A stretch of DNA of 64,000 bases from a virus. Lineage: Duplodnaviria; Heunggongvirae; Uroviricota; Caudoviricetes. Location: the IMG/VR virus record IMGVR_UViG_3300037313_000650. The stretch is one strand, 5' to 3'. The translations under genes and the position numbers were made by a program. Positions 48,113 through 59,017 of this stretch are shown here, piece after piece. How positions within the stretch are numbered: the stretch's first letter is position 1; every line of letters starts with the position of its first letter. Under the pieces are notes generated by a model. That model had not been told where the DNA came from. It saw only the letters and a program-made list of their open reading frames with translations, and searched no databases.

Positions 48113-48525
48113 TATGGGGTAGTTGTTGTAGTTGTAGTGCTGCTAGTAGTAGTTGTAGTTGAATTACAATTACATTGAGCAGTAAGAATTGCTGAAATTC
48201 TCTCAGAGAAAGTCATGTTGTCCCAATCAGATTGACTTGCTACACATTTAGGGTCAATATCATTTAAGCTATTATTTATAACCTGTGCAAAGTCAAAAGT
48301 TCTGGTGTATTGTACTTCACTTTCATCTTTATATGTAATATTTATAGATGTACCGTCTATCTCAAAAGGTGAAAGAGATGTTAAAGTTTCACAATCTTTA
48401 ACCTTTTGACAGTCAATAGTATTCCTATCTTCCTGTATTTTAAGAAGTACTTTGATTATTTCATCTCTCCATTTTGAAGGAAGAGATTCTAAATATCCAG
48501 ATAGATTATCTACACAATTAGACAT
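48112..48525 (-). CDS. Cys-rich protein with C-terminal poly-Thr tract
   Basis: Aligns by eye with 47636..48112 (SLPSKWR vs SIPYEWR; KDCETLT vs KKCQTVT; DWDNMTF vs DWTSLSF). Confidence 0.7.
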   Translation of the reverse strand: MSNCVDNLSGYLESLPSKWRDEIIKVLLKIQEDRNTIDCQKVKDCETLTSLSPFEIDGTSINITYKDESEVQYTRTFDFAQVINNSLNDIDPKCVASQSDWDNMTFSERISAILTAQCNCNSTTTTTSSTTTTTTTP

Positions 48526-48592
48526 AAATTAATAGTTTAAAGACCTATAAAGTCCTTATCTTAATATAAGAAAAATATAGGAAATAAACAAA

Positions 48593-49738
48593 TTAATTTA
48601 ACAGGGGTTGTATAGCATCTATTACATCTGTAGGGGTGATGTTTTTAGTACATTCAAATTGTTTTTCAGTTCCTTCAAACTTAGGACACCAATTCCATGA
48701 CCCGTTATCTTGAAGTTTAATCCAGTTAAAACAACCTGTACACTTATTTTCAGGAGCAGATATTCTTATACAATCTTTCATTTCTGTATATGGTAGTGAA
48801 AATCCAGAGATTAGAACTGTTGGTACATCTAGTGCCCAAGAAAGCCAAGACAGCCCACTCCCTATTCCTATGAAGAATTTAGAGCGTTTCAGAAGAAACA
48901 TTATAGTTTCTATCCTATGGTCTGGGGGATAAATTACACCTATTGGATTCCTATTTCCATTATGACCATCTTTCTCTTTGGAAAGAAGAATTACTTCATA
49001 TCCTCTATCCTTCAAATAATCTACTACTACTTGCCAACCTTCAGGGTTATTCCAATATTTTGCTTGAGAAGTTGAATGATTTGCTATACAAACATATTTA
49101 GTTGCCGGAGCTATAGAAGCTATTTCTTTTAGTTTAGGTTTAAGTTCTGTATATGGTAGACCTAGAATATCAGAAGCATTCTTCTGCATAGGGAAAGCTC
49201 TAGGGTCCAAGGGATGCCTGTTGTGATTTACTCTATTATTTTCATCATAATCCCAACCTATTCTATACCAAGCAAATATATTAGGTAATACAGTTCCCGG
49301 TTCTATGAAAGTTATATTTGGATATTGATCTTTAAATAAATGATTGTGAAACGTTATGACGAATAACTGACAATTGTGTTTCTTCTGAAATCTGTCTGTA
49401 TATGGAAACCAAGCTAGAGTATCTCCAAGAGCAGAACTACCTAGTTCCACTACTACCCTTTGGTTTTCAAGATTCAGGTGATAATCATATACTTTTTTAC
49501 CGGTTCTTGTATTATGTATAACGATATGATATGGTTGATAATATTCAATGAATGGGTGAGTAAATCCACTCCTTCCTGTAATTACAGAAGAATGTATTGT
49601 TTTATTTCCCACTTTAAATTCTACAAAGTAATCATCGTCACTATCTCTTACTTCTACATAAGCTTTTCTTACAAAGTGATTTATTATAGTTTCTGTAGAT
49701 GTTAAGTCTGCTATTTTCAAGTTATTGTAAATACTCAT
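48593..49738 (-). CDS. TibC/Aah-like (autotransporter O-heptosyltransferase family) protein glycosyltransferase
   Basis: ALGDTLAWFPY..RFQKKHNC, YVCIANHSTSQAKYWNNPEGW, FIGIGSGLSWLSWA, CTGC...WCP...QFECTK motifs. Confidence 0.85.
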   Translation of the reverse strand: MSIYNNLKIADLTSTETIINHFVRKAYVEVRDSDDDYFVEFKVGNKTIHSSVITGRSGFTHPFIEYYQPYHIVIHNTRTGKKVYDYHLNLENQRVVVELGSSALGDTLAWFPYTDRFQKKHNCQLFVITFHNHLFKDQYPNITFIEPGTVLPNIFAWYRIGWDYDENNRVNHNRHPLDPRAFPMQKNASDILGLPYTELKPKLKEIASIAPATKYVCIANHSTSQAKYWNNPEGWQVVVDYLKDRGYEVILLSKEKDGHNGNRNPIGVIYPPDHRIETIMFLLKRSKFFIGIGSGLSWLSWALDVPTVLISGFSLPYTEMKDCIRISAPENKCTGCFNWIKLQDNGSWNWCPKFEGTEKQFECTKNITPTDVIDAIQPLLN

Positions 49739-49745
49739 GATTGAT

Positions 49746-50663
49746 TTATAAATAAGTTACTAAAGGGTTATTGTCATAATCCGAACCGTATGTATGGAGT
49801 TTATACATCTTTACAGGAAGCCCGTAAGACAAAGCTTCCTTGACACACAACGGATTAAGTTCAAATTTTGATGTAAATATCATTTCATCACAAGCCTGAT
49901 AAAATAAGTCAACATCATCTCTTTCTCCCCAAACATAGCAGTTATCAGGTCTATTTTGCATTAATGGTTCCCAATAGTCTTTAAAATTAAGTGCTTGATT
50001 ACCAACAAAATGATAATGATTGTTAGGGTCTTTTCTTGCAATTTCAAAAAGCTCTCCTTGATTTTTACCGGGAGTAAACAGTCCTACATTTAAATAATGT
50101 GTACCTGATTTATTAAATGAAAAATGTCCGATTTTCCAACGAGCAGCTTGTCTTTGATGAAATTTCTCCTTTTCATCATACCAAGCCCATTTATCTTCTA
50201 TAGGATATTCCCATACATAACAAGGAACTTCAGGAAATTGCTGTTCAAACCTTTGTTGAGACCATTTATTTACCAGTACAAATTCATCTGGTATGAATTT
50301 AAGTTGGGAAGGTTCAGTGAGAGAGCTATGAGTGGTGGTTACTATATAATAATCTCTTGGGTGTTTAAATATTTGTATAGAAACTTCAGGTAATAAAAAA
50401 CTTTCAGGGATTTCCTGAAAGTGAATACAATAAGGATTTAACTCCAATATAGTAGGGTATAACTTATTTTTGTCACCATTTAAGCAAATATGGTGACATA
50501 AGTTCTTTATTTTATTTCTCTGTACTACATATTCATCTGAATAGTTGTTTACTTCTATTACAGTTATGTTAAATTGGTTTTTATATGTTTCTATCTGTTT
50601 TAAAGTATATTGAGGCATCCCACCTGTAGATAGATGCGGTACTATATAGATTAAATTTTGCAT
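49746..50663 (-). CDS. GT4-like (GT-B) glycosyltransferase
   Basis: PHLSTGGMPQ, VGLFTPGKNQ and ELNPLCVKE (E-x7-E) motifs; ATG at 50663 preferred over the TTG at 50678. Confidence 0.85.
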   Translation of the reverse strand: MQNLIYIVPHLSTGGMPQYTLKQIETYKNQFNITVIEVNNYSDEYVVQRNKIKNLCHHICLNGDKNKLYPTILELNPYCIHFQEIPESFLLPEVSIQIFKHPRDYYIVTTTHSSLTEPSQLKFIPDEFVLVNKWSQQRFEQQFPEVPCYVWEYPIEDKWAWYDEKEKFHQRQAARWKIGHFSFNKSGTHYLNVGLFTPGKNQGELFEIARKDPNNHYHFVGNQALNFKDYWEPLMQNRPDNCYVWGERDDVDLFYQACDEMIFTSKFELNPLCVKEALSYGLPVKMYKLHTYGSDYDNNPLVTYL

Positions 50664-50667
50664 ACGC

Positions 50668-50675
50668 CAAATATA
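50668..50675 (-). promoter_or_regulatory. possible -7 promoter element TATATTTG upstream of the GT genes
   Basis: CAAATATA on the + strand in the gap between fibre and GT4 genes; very close to the ATG, no -33 element. Confidence 0.35.
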
Positions 50676-50694
50676 CAAAATATATCATTAACTA

Positions 50695-53600
50695 TTAATT
50701 ATTTCCTATAATAAGCCAATTAGCTCCGTCACTTTGCATAGTTACATATTTCCATTGTGCGGATAATATATAAGAAGTTGCACCATCTATGGTTTGTGAT
50801 GAAGTTGTACTGACTGTTAAATTATTAGCCCCTGCATTTATGCGTTTAATAGTGTATATTTTACCAGAGTTTCCTACTGCGGTAGGTAGGGTAATTGCAA
50901 AAGCAGCAGTTGTAGTATCTCCTGTTATAGTGTTATCTGTTATTAAAGCTGTGTATGTACCACTTTTAGCTAACAAACTACTACCAGTAATTATAACGTT
51001 ACTAGCATCAGAAGTAACTACTATATTATTTCCACCTTTTATATTTTTTAATGTATTACCTCTTGTACCTGCTGCTGAAGAGTGAGTTGATGTTGCAATT
51101 ACTCCAGAACCACTACCAGCAGCATCTGTAAGTGTATATTGTTCACAACTTATAGCTCTTACCCATCTAGTACCATCAGATGCAATCCACCATGTTACTC
51201 CATTAGGAATAGTGGTTGCAGAACTACTAGCATTGTAATATGCACCTCTACTCAGTATAACATTTAATGTGCCTTGATTTACTACACAAATCACTCTACC
51301 CCTGCAAGTTGTGGGGTCTGGAATAGTACAAGTTACATTACCTGAGAATGGTTCAAATACAACATAGTTTTCACCAGTAGCTACTGTATAGTTAGTTGCA
51401 CCCGGAATCACAGGATTACCAAATGTTGTAGGTTTGGTAAGTACATTACCTGAAGCATCTACACCTAGATCAGCTACTACTGAAGTTCCATTAAAAGAAG
51501 TTTCAGAAATATAACTATCCAAAATTAATTGACCACTACCTGTAACAGTTAGTTTTCTGGCAACTGTACCTGAATTAGCTCCCCAGATTTCAAACTGTGA
51601 AGTTCTCGTTGCAAAAGTTACATCTGTCCATTTGGATATTATTTGATTAGCTGTATAACCAGATCCATCTGATGTTTTATGCGAAAAATCAATAGAACCA
51701 CCAATTCCATTAGCTGCTGTACCTGAAGTGCTCCTACTAATTTGAATCATTGAAGATACAGAGTTAGCAGTAGAGCTAAAATTAGAAACAAGTAATGGTA
51801 ATCCTGTATTTGATTGAATATTTGTTCCAGTTCCAGATGTACTCTTTAGATATGCACCTGTCCCAGAAGTAGATTGTCCATAAAATCCATAACCACTACT
51901 AGAACTACCATATATACCTATTACTACTCCGGTTCCTATACCTGCAATAGCTGCTGAAGAACTATTTGTTCCAGTAGCAGTTGCGCTAAATCCTACAGAT
52001 AGTGCTGAAGTGTTTAACGTGTTGTTTATTTGTAGTATACCATTAACACTGCCATCAGAGAATGAACCATTCAGAATCATTTTATTTGTTCCAAATGTAT
52101 GTGTCCTATTTGTAGATAAGGTTAAATCTGTATTTACAAAGTTGGTATCAGCACCTGAAGGTGAAACAGTAATGACATTACCTGAAGAGTCCACAGCAAG
52201 ATTAGCTACTGCGGTTCCAGTAAATGCAGATGAGGATGTATAAGAATCAAGAATTAATTGTCCACTACCTGCTATTGCTATTTTTCTGGCAACTGTACCT
52301 GAATTAGCTCCCCAAATCTCATATTGAGAAGTATATGTAGCAGATGTAACATCTGTTAGCTTACTTCTTAAATAAGTTGCATATTTAGTTGTACCATTAC
52401 TTGATTTTAACTTGAAGGCTATAGAAGCTCCAATTCCATTTGCTGCTGCATCTGAACTGTTTTTAGTAAGAAGAATCATATCATCAAATCCACTAGCATT
52501 ACCCGCAGACATAGAACCACCTAAAGATAATCCAGAGGTTGTTGAAGTTGATAATGCTGCACCTGTTGTTGAGGTCGCAAAAACGGCAACACCTATACCA
52601 TTGTTGCTTGCACCAAAAGCGTTATTACCACTATCTATACTTATACCTAATACGGAACTTCCACCACTAGTTGTATTTATAAAGTTAAAAGCATAACCAG
52701 AACCTGTATAACTATTATTGATAGTTACCTGATTATTACCTTGTGTATGTATTCTAGCTCCTGTAAAAGTTAGGTTGGTATTACCAAAGTTCGTATCTGT
52801 ACTACCAGTAATAGTTATATCTGTAGCTCCTGTTGTAGCATTATCTACAGCAGATACAGTAGCTCCTATAAAGTTAATCTTTGATCTTGGTGTAAGGTCT
52901 ACACCTTCATCCTGAACAGTTATAGTTGCACTTGTAGGAGATGTACCTGAAGTTCCAGAAACACCAGAAGTACCAGAGGTTCCAGCAGCACCATTTATAC
53001 CAGAAGTACCGCTTACTCCGCTAGTTCCAGATACACCGCTTGTACCATCTATTCCAGACGTACCGTTAATACCTGAAGTCCCATTTACTCCTGATGTTCC
53101 ACTAACACCCGATGTACCACTAACGCCGCTACTACCAGATGTTCCGCTTAAGCCACTACTTCCTGAAGTTCCATTAATTCCCGAAGTTCCACTAGTACCA
53201 GATAATCCTGAAGTACCAGAGACTCCGCTAGTACCACTTATACCGCTGGTTCCATTGGTTCCACTTATTCCTGAAGTACCGTTAATTCCACTTGTACCAG
53301 AAGTACCACTCAATCCATTTATACCACTAGTACCAGAAAATCCGCTTGTTCCTGATGTTCCGGCAGTTCCAGTAGTAGGGGGAGGAGGTACAGGCATTCC
53401 TTGTAGGCAGATATTATCTAAAAAGAATCCAAAATTTCCATTATTAGAAGATACAGTAATAAGTAATTGGTCTACGGTTGCACTTGCAGGAAGTGAGAAT
53501 GCAGAGAGAGGAATAGATATATTTTGACAAATTGTTGTGTTGCTACTGTCAAATCCATACAACCCATTAGAAAGATTTACAGCAGCACCTACATTTGTAC

Positions 53601-54645
53601 CAGATAGACGAAATCTAAATACAATCTTTCTTGGATTGTTAGGATTACCGCCCCAAGTACCTTTTGATTTTATATCAAATAATAATATAGTTAAGCTACT
53701 TAATGAAAATGCTCCTCCCGGTCTTGTTAATAAAATATTATCACCATTTTGTACACCACTACCTTCTATAGATTTAGCTCCACTACAAGGGCCATTTATA
53801 GAATCTGGATTTAATCTAACAGAATTAGAAGATATACTCGTCCATTCTGTATTTTCTTTATATATACATTCACCAGAAACAGTAGTGGGTTGTGTAGTTC
53901 CGGCTTCCACTACAGCAAAGGATAATTGTAATTGTGTAGCAGGGTCTATGGGTGCTTGTGCAGGGTTATCAGAAGGAGTACCCTGTAATACGTGAACTGA
54001 ATTTGTTACATCTACAATGAATGTGTCAATCCTGTTGTAAGTAACATCAGCAGGAGAAAGTGTTATAGTAGTAGCAGGAGAAGTATACTTAACACCATTT
54101 ATATAATATGTTGCAGCAGAAATATTATAAGTATATCCAGAAACCCACGTTACGATACCACCTGAAACTACATCATCCTTTATTATATTAGGGGCATAGA
54201 AACCATCTGGTAGTACTGTTATTGAATTATTTGGAAAAGAAGAAACAGGTACATTTCCTAAAAGTGGATTTTCAGGTGTACCATCTCCAGACAAGTCCAG
54301 AGTTGCGGTATCTTGAGTAACTATACCTTGAATACCAGCTTTTCCCTTCATTTGGAAATTTACACCATCGTATGAAACTAGAATTATCTCACCAGATAAG
54401 ATATCATTAGCTACTAATGGAGTGGATACATTTTTTACAATAGGTTTTTCACCTAAACCATTAACGTTTAGAGTGGCAGCACCAGTGTTTGCACTACTAG
54501 CTTTAAACCATACTTTTAAACCTTCTGTATAAGATTCTGGAGCAGGTCGCAAATCAACTGTATAATTATTACCACCTGTAGTATCTAATACATAGGATGA
54601 TACTTCATTCGTTGCATTAGTGTGTATGTTTCCAAATATTCTCAT
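50695..54645 (-). CDS. tail fibre with GTS collagen-like repeats and a 243-aa internal duplication
   Basis: 1316 aa, Gly/Ser/Thr-rich; N-terminal module shared with 56873..58246; C-terminal ITLPTAVG module shared with 59018..62335. Confidence 0.8.
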   Translation of the reverse strand: MRIFGNIHTNATNEVSSYVLDTTGGNNYTVDLRPAPESYTEGLKVWFKASSANTGAATLNVNGLGEKPIVKNVSTPLVANDILSGEIILVSYDGVNFQMKGKAGIQGIVTQDTATLDLSGDGTPENPLLGNVPVSSFPNNSITVLPDGFYAPNIIKDDVVSGGIVTWVSGYTYNISAATYYINGVKYTSPATTITLSPADVTYNRIDTFIVDVTNSVHVLQGTPSDNPAQAPIDPATQLQLSFAVVEAGTTQPTTVSGECIYKENTEWTSISSNSVRLNPDSINGPCSGAKSIEGSGVQNGDNILLTRPGGAFSLSSLTILLFDIKSKGTWGGNPNNPRKIVFRFRLSGTNVGAAVNLSNGLYGFDSSNTTICQNISIPLSAFSLPASATVDQLLITVSSNNGNFGFFLDNICLQGMPVPPPPTTGTAGTSGTSGFSGTSGINGLSGTSGTSGINGTSGISGTNGTSGISGTSGVSGTSGLSGTSGTSGINGTSGSSGLSGTSGSSGVSGTSGVSGTSGVNGTSGINGTSGIDGTSGVSGTSGVSGTSGINGAAGTSGTSGVSGTSGTSPTSATITVQDEGVDLTPRSKINFIGATVSAVDNATTGATDITITGSTDTNFGNTNLTFTGARIHTQGNNQVTINNSYTGSGYAFNFINTTSGGSSVLGISIDSGNNAFGASNNGIGVAVFATSTTGAALSTSTTSGLSLGGSMSAGNASGFDDMILLTKNSSDAAANGIGASIAFKLKSSNGTTKYATYLRSKLTDVTSATYTSQYEIWGANSGTVARKIAIAGSGQLILDSYTSSSAFTGTAVANLAVDSSGNVITVSPSGADTNFVNTDLTLSTNRTHTFGTNKMILNGSFSDGSVNGILQINNTLNTSALSVGFSATATGTNSSSAAIAGIGTGVVIGIYGSSSSGYGFYGQSTSGTGAYLKSTSGTGTNIQSNTGLPLLVSNFSSTANSVSSMIQISRSTSGTAANGIGGSIDFSHKTSDGSGYTANQIISKWTDVTFATRTSQFEIWGANSGTVARKLTVTGSGQLILDSYISETSFNGTSVVADLGVDASGNVLTKPTTFGNPVIPGATNYTVATGENYVVFEPFSGNVTCTIPDPTTCRGRVICVVNQGTLNVILSRGAYYNASSSATTIPNGVTWWIASDGTRWVRAISCEQYTLTDAAGSGSGVIATSTHSSAAGTRGNTLKNIKGGNNIVVTSDASNVIITGSSLLAKSGTYTALITDNTITGDTTTAAFAITLPTAVGNSGKIYTIKRINAGANNLTVSTTSSQTIDGATSYILSAQWKYVTMQSDGANWLIIGNN
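52940..53372 (-). repeat. Gly-Thr-Ser coding repeat tract
   Basis: GTSGxS/GxNGTS triplet periodicity with degenerate codons. Confidence 0.9.
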
Positions 54646-56870
54646 AATATTTCTATAATTTTAGGAGTCATACCATAAACTACAGGGTAACTTGTACCTG
54701 TTACGGTAGCATCCTGAGAGTTCATCACTGTACTTCCTAATTGAAAAGTTTTTATTCTTATATTTGTACCTGTTGGTAGAGCCAAGTCATATATACCAGT
54801 TACTTCTGTAAATCCTACTGTTGCTACATTCTGTACAACAAATTGAAAATATTTTGTAGAAGTATTTGGGAAAGTGTCTTCTACTCTCCAGATTGCATAT
54901 ATTGTTTCACCTGTATCTTTCTTGAATCTTAGTACTTTTATATTCCCTATACTCAAGTCAGCATCAGGTTTATAGTCCCTATATTGTTTTAATTGAGATA
55001 GATAATCTCCTATGGGTCTTCTTTCATAAGTTGGGTTAGTATTAACACCGGGAGGATTTGGATATGTTAAACCACCACTTTCTGCATATTCATCATTCAA
55101 TAAGGACATGGTATCAAACTGTACATAGGTAGAAGAACCATCTCCTTGATAATTATTGTATATCTTAAACCAATACGATCTGTCTATTCCATTCATTGAG
55201 AATAGTAGAATACTTCTTATACCCCATATAGCTACTACTTCCTTTTTGCTTCTTCCGTTAATTTCAGGAACACCGAATACTGAATATTCATGATAATCAA
55301 ATCCCCACTCAGATAACCAAACTTCTTTTCCCTGAGCAAACTCATTGGAATAGGATATGAATTTCTTTAGAACATTTAAATCTCCCGAAAGTTCTAGTGG
55401 CATAGCTGTAGTAGCCTCACCGTATTGACTAGAACCACCATTTGTAGAATATTTGTGATAGTTTATTACATCAAATGGTACATCTACCACACCATCTATA
55501 TAACCACGATTCTCCTTACTCCAATCATAAATACCTTTCAGTACATCTACTATTGCTACACCAAATCCCGGTATTACTACTTTCATTGTAGGGTCAGCAG
55601 TTTTAATACCTACACCTACACCAGCACCAAACCCCGCATCTAAAGTTCCTTTATGTCCATCATATACAGCACTTAAATAAGGAGCCATTTGATAACCAGA
55701 CATGTAGTGATCTTTAGTAGCCCAATTCTTATCTTCTTCATTTCCTAGTTCTATATAGTTTAATGTATTTAAACCTTTCTTAATTACACCAGCAGGAATC
55801 CAGAATTCACTAAATTGATGTTGTGTTCCAAACAAACTATCTGGTATTGATGTATTTCTACCATATCTTCCTGCAAATACAAATCCTACTCTTGCTCTAT
55901 TTTTATATACAGTAACAGAAGTTTTGTTATTAGCATCTGCCTGAATAATAGGATTGGTGTGTTCCCAAAAATTAGGATCGGTAGAATTGTTAAACATGTG
56001 GGAAGGATTGTTCAGGATAGTAGGTAGAGGAACTATACCATTATCTTTACATATCTGAAATAAACTATCATAATAGAAATCTTGTGTTGAAGGTTCATAA
56101 GACCATTCATTTTCTGTAGGTTGCAAATACTTCTCTTCCATATAAAAACGCAGAGAAGTAAGACCCATTTCTAAGAGCCTATTAAATTTTGGTAAATATA
56201 CAGTCGTAGTATTATATGCTACATCATTCTTCATTACATCCCATACAAAACCATTTGAACCAAACTGTCTTCCTAGTTCTACTTTTGGTCTACTGTAAGT
56301 AGGTTCAGGAACATTATCATAATCTCCTATAATTCTTAATCCTGCCCCATAGAAATCTCCTCCACCTAAATGACCATTATTATCAGCAAAACCTTTTACT
56401 ATCAATCTATCTGTAGGAAAAGGTGAAGCAACATTCATTACTATATCCTGTCCAAACAAACTACCGTCATATTGACCTATTTCTACAAGAGAATTGTCAT
56501 TTTTATTTACTAGATAAAACTTTGTTGGGGTAAATCCAGCAGGACCATATTTATCACGTACAATTACTTTTTTAACCACAGGATTCCATCTTTCAGGAAA
56601 TTTACACACAATCATGTGTGGAGAGTTAAACATTGCATAGCCGGGAACAAAGTTGGTATCTTCATTATTATCCAACCATGCAGTTACAGGACCAGCATTA
56701 TTATCTTGCCAAAAGTAATCTTCTACTATAGGAAATTCAGCATTCAATAGTCTTTGTGGACTAGGATTAGACACAGTGAAATCATATAGCTTCAGTTTAT
56801 ATCCACCATTTATTGTGTATGCGGTTCCTTGATTATTTGATACCAAGCCGCTACTATTTACATAATGCAT
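54642..56870 (-). CDS. clan GH-A (GH5/GH39-like) glycoside hydrolase, putative virion depolymerase
   Basis: IELGNEED (acid/base), INYHKY and VWLSEWG (nucleophile) motifs; sits between fibre genes. Confidence 0.7.
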   Translation of the reverse strand: MHYVNSSGLVSNNQGTAYTINGGYKLKLYDFTVSNPSPQRLLNAEFPIVEDYFWQDNNAGPVTAWLDNNEDTNFVPGYAMFNSPHMIVCKFPERWNPVVKKVIVRDKYGPAGFTPTKFYLVNKNDNSLVEIGQYDGSLFGQDIVMNVASPFPTDRLIVKGFADNNGHLGGGDFYGAGLRIIGDYDNVPEPTYSRPKVELGRQFGSNGFVWDVMKNDVAYNTTTVYLPKFNRLLEMGLTSLRFYMEEKYLQPTENEWSYEPSTQDFYYDSLFQICKDNGIVPLPTILNNPSHMFNNSTDPNFWEHTNPIIQADANNKTSVTVYKNRARVGFVFAGRYGRNTSIPDSLFGTQHQFSEFWIPAGVIKKGLNTLNYIELGNEEDKNWATKDHYMSGYQMAPYLSAVYDGHKGTLDAGFGAGVGVGIKTADPTMKVVIPGFGVAIVDVLKGIYDWSKENRGYIDGVVDVPFDVINYHKYSTNGGSSQYGEATTAMPLELSGDLNVLKKFISYSNEFAQGKEVWLSEWGFDYHEYSVFGVPEINGRSKKEVVAIWGIRSILLFSMNGIDRSYWFKIYNNYQGDGSSTYVQFDTMSLLNDEYAESGGLTYPNPPGVNTNPTYERRPIGDYLSQLKQYRDYKPDADLSIGNIKVLRFKKDTGETIYAIWRVEDTFPNTSTKYFQFVVQNVATVGFTEVTGIYDLALPTGTNIRIKTFQLGSTVMNSQDATVTGTSYPVVYGMTPKIIEIL

Positions 56871-56872
56871 AA

Positions 56873-58246
56873 TTAAGCGGTTTTAACAAAGCTTGGTCCA
56901 TTAATAACTCTGGCTTCAGAAGTTGTATTAGTTTTAAATAATTCTTTTCTTACTTGACCTATAGAAATAGTAGTATCATCAGAAGTATAATTCACTCCAC
57001 CAGATGAAGAAGCTAAATAATATATTGTATTTGCAGTGAGTCCAAGCCCAGATGTATTGATTTTCTGCCCTGCTTGTACAATCCTAAATGTATTTGCATC
57101 TACTACTTGGGAAACAATACCATCTGCATAGGAAGCATTATTACTAGTAACGGCTTGGCATCTTTGCCATATACCAGTGCTATCTTTATATACAGCCCAA
57201 CCTACACCAAAACCATGACTTGTTTTAACATATTCTTCATAATTTCCACCAGAAATACCAGAAGTACCGCTTGTACCACTTGCTCCAGAAACACCTGATG
57301 TTCCTGAAGTTCCAGTAAGTCCATTAGTACCACTTATACCAGAAGTTCCTGAAGTTCCTGCAACACCTGATACACCATTTATATTTACAGCCCAAGAGCT
57401 AAATGTTCCAGTTCCTGTATTTGATACAGAATTTGCTTGCATTGCGCCAGTAGCAGGATTATAAGTAATAACTGTTGCTATAAAAGAACCTGTAGGATTA
57501 TTTACAACTGCTATTGTTTGACCTGTTGTATATGCTAGATTAGGCTCTACTGTAAATACTTTAGATGTAGGATGTGCAGTGGGTATACTCATTCCTGTAT
57601 TAGAAGTAGTAGCATATTTATCTCCATTCAATCCAGAAGTACCTGATGTTCCTGATACTCCTGATGTTCCACTAATTCCACTGGTTCCAGAAAGACCACT
57701 TGTACCACTACTACCAATTATACTTACTCCGCTTGTACCACTAGTTCCATTTGCACCATTTGCACCATTGATTCCTGAAGTTCCGTTAACTCCAGACGTT
57801 CCTGTTCTCCCTGAAGTACCAGATGTACCAGAGATTCCAGAAGTACCACTACTACCAGAAACACCACTAGTCCCAGATGTACCTGCAACTCCAGTTCCTA
57901 TAGCAGTTATTACATTCTTTAATTGGAAATTCACTCCATCATATGCAACATCTACTATTTGTCCAGCTAAAATATCTCCAGATGAAAGGTCAATATTTAC
58001 ATTCTTTTTGATAAGTTTTGGACCTAAACCGTTTACATTTATACTACATACACCTGTGTTTGAACTTGCTGCTTTAAAAGATATACGTAAACCATCTGTA
58101 TAAGAAGTTATAGCAGGTCTAGGGTTGACAATATAATTATTAAGTGTTCCTGTATCTTGTATATAGGAAGATTGTTCTACAGATGTTGCTACACTCGTAT
58201 TACCTTTAAATATTGACATAAATAAATTAATTAAATTTTTAATCAT
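56873..58246 (-). CDS. short tail fibre with GTS repeats
   Basis: N-terminal NTG..SINVNGLG..YDGVNFQ module and two GTS tracts. Confidence 0.8.
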   Translation of the reverse strand: MIKNLINLFMSIFKGNTSVATSVEQSSYIQDTGTLNNYIVNPRPAITSYTDGLRISFKAASSNTGVCSINVNGLGPKLIKKNVNIDLSSGDILAGQIVDVAYDGVNFQLKNVITAIGTGVAGTSGTSGVSGSSGTSGISGTSGTSGRTGTSGVNGTSGINGANGANGTSGTSGVSIIGSSGTSGLSGTSGISGTSGVSGTSGTSGLNGDKYATTSNTGMSIPTAHPTSKVFTVEPNLAYTTGQTIAVVNNPTGSFIATVITYNPATGAMQANSVSNTGTGTFSSWAVNINGVSGVAGTSGTSGISGTNGLTGTSGTSGVSGASGTSGTSGISGGNYEEYVKTSHGFGVGWAVYKDSTGIWQRCQAVTSNNASYADGIVSQVVDANTFRIVQAGQKINTSGLGLTANTIYYLASSSGGVNYTSDDTTISIGQVRKELFKTNTTSEARVINGPSFVKTA

Positions 58247-58614
58247 TTTCCTTCAATTGCTTCAACAGCATGATTCTTATCAAAGAAGTTAAGTATACTG
58301 TTAAGAATTCTTCCAGTTTTACTTAATGTTCCTGCTAACAAGTTATAACCAATTACTGCTGATATAGTTTCTTTAATGTCACCAAACTTGTGCTTAGAGT
58401 TTTCTTTTATTAAGGTATGATTAAATAGTTCTGCACAGGCTACATTACCATATTTATCTATAGCTTTAGCAAGTTCTAGAAATTTATTATCTGCTTTCTT
58501 CAGACCAGTTTTAAAATGTTGATCTATAAATGAATATATTATACCATATGTAATACCTAGAGGTAATAATAAAATACCTAATAATATAGATAGTATATAT
58601 AATATAATACCCAT
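58243..58614 (-). CDS. conserved phage membrane protein
   Basis: Hydrophobic N-terminus; IDKYGN, ETISAVIG and DKNHA motifs. Confidence 0.65.
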   Translation of the reverse strand: MGIILYILSILLGILLLPLGITYGIIYSFIDQHFKTGLKKADNKFLELAKAIDKYGNVACAELFNHTLIKENSKHKFGDIKETISAVIGYNLLAGTLSKTGRILNSILNFFDKNHAVEAIEGK

Positions 58615-58615
58615 A

Positions 58616-58999
58616 TTACACCCCTAAGAATGATTTACCTCTTCCTTTTTTAGCAGTTAATTCATTACTATAACTAGTATCTAAATCTTGTATATAGTTA
58701 TAAATCTTAATCCAATCTTCATCATTAGCTACTACTCCTGCTCCAACTTGGGGTTCTAAGTCGGCTCTCATTTCTTGATTAGTAGCATTCATCAAACCTT
58801 CTCTCATTACTGTTAAAATTGAATATACATTGATAATATCATCAGCAGTACATTCTACCGTTACAGTTACTTCTTCATCTGTATATCCAATTAAAGCTGA
58901 CTTTAAATTACTATACAAAGAACCAAATCTCTCAAGAGAGTAGGTACGAATTTCATCTGCAATTATAAGTGCGTGTTTTACTTTAAGTTGTACTTGCAT
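58616..58999 (-). CDS. hypothetical protein (possible fibre chaperone)
   Basis: 127 aa ORF directly downstream of the long fibre gene. Confidence 0.5.
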   Translation of the reverse strand: MQVQLKVKHALIIADEIRTYSLERFGSLYSNLKSALIGYTDEEVTVTVECTADDIINVYSILTVMREGLMNATNQEMRADLEPQVGAGVVANDEDWIKIYNYIQDLDTSYSNELTAKKGRGKSFLGV

Positions 59000-59017
59000 T
59001 TTGTTTAATTTTTAATA

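Noticed and set aside
39345-50678. Glycosyltransferases as DNA-modifying enzymes (T4 glucosyltransferase-like)
   Set aside because: All are in the late structural/lysis block rather than the replication block, no hydroxymethylase was found, and two resemble protein O-glycosyltransferases. Not fully excluded for the GT4-like enzyme.
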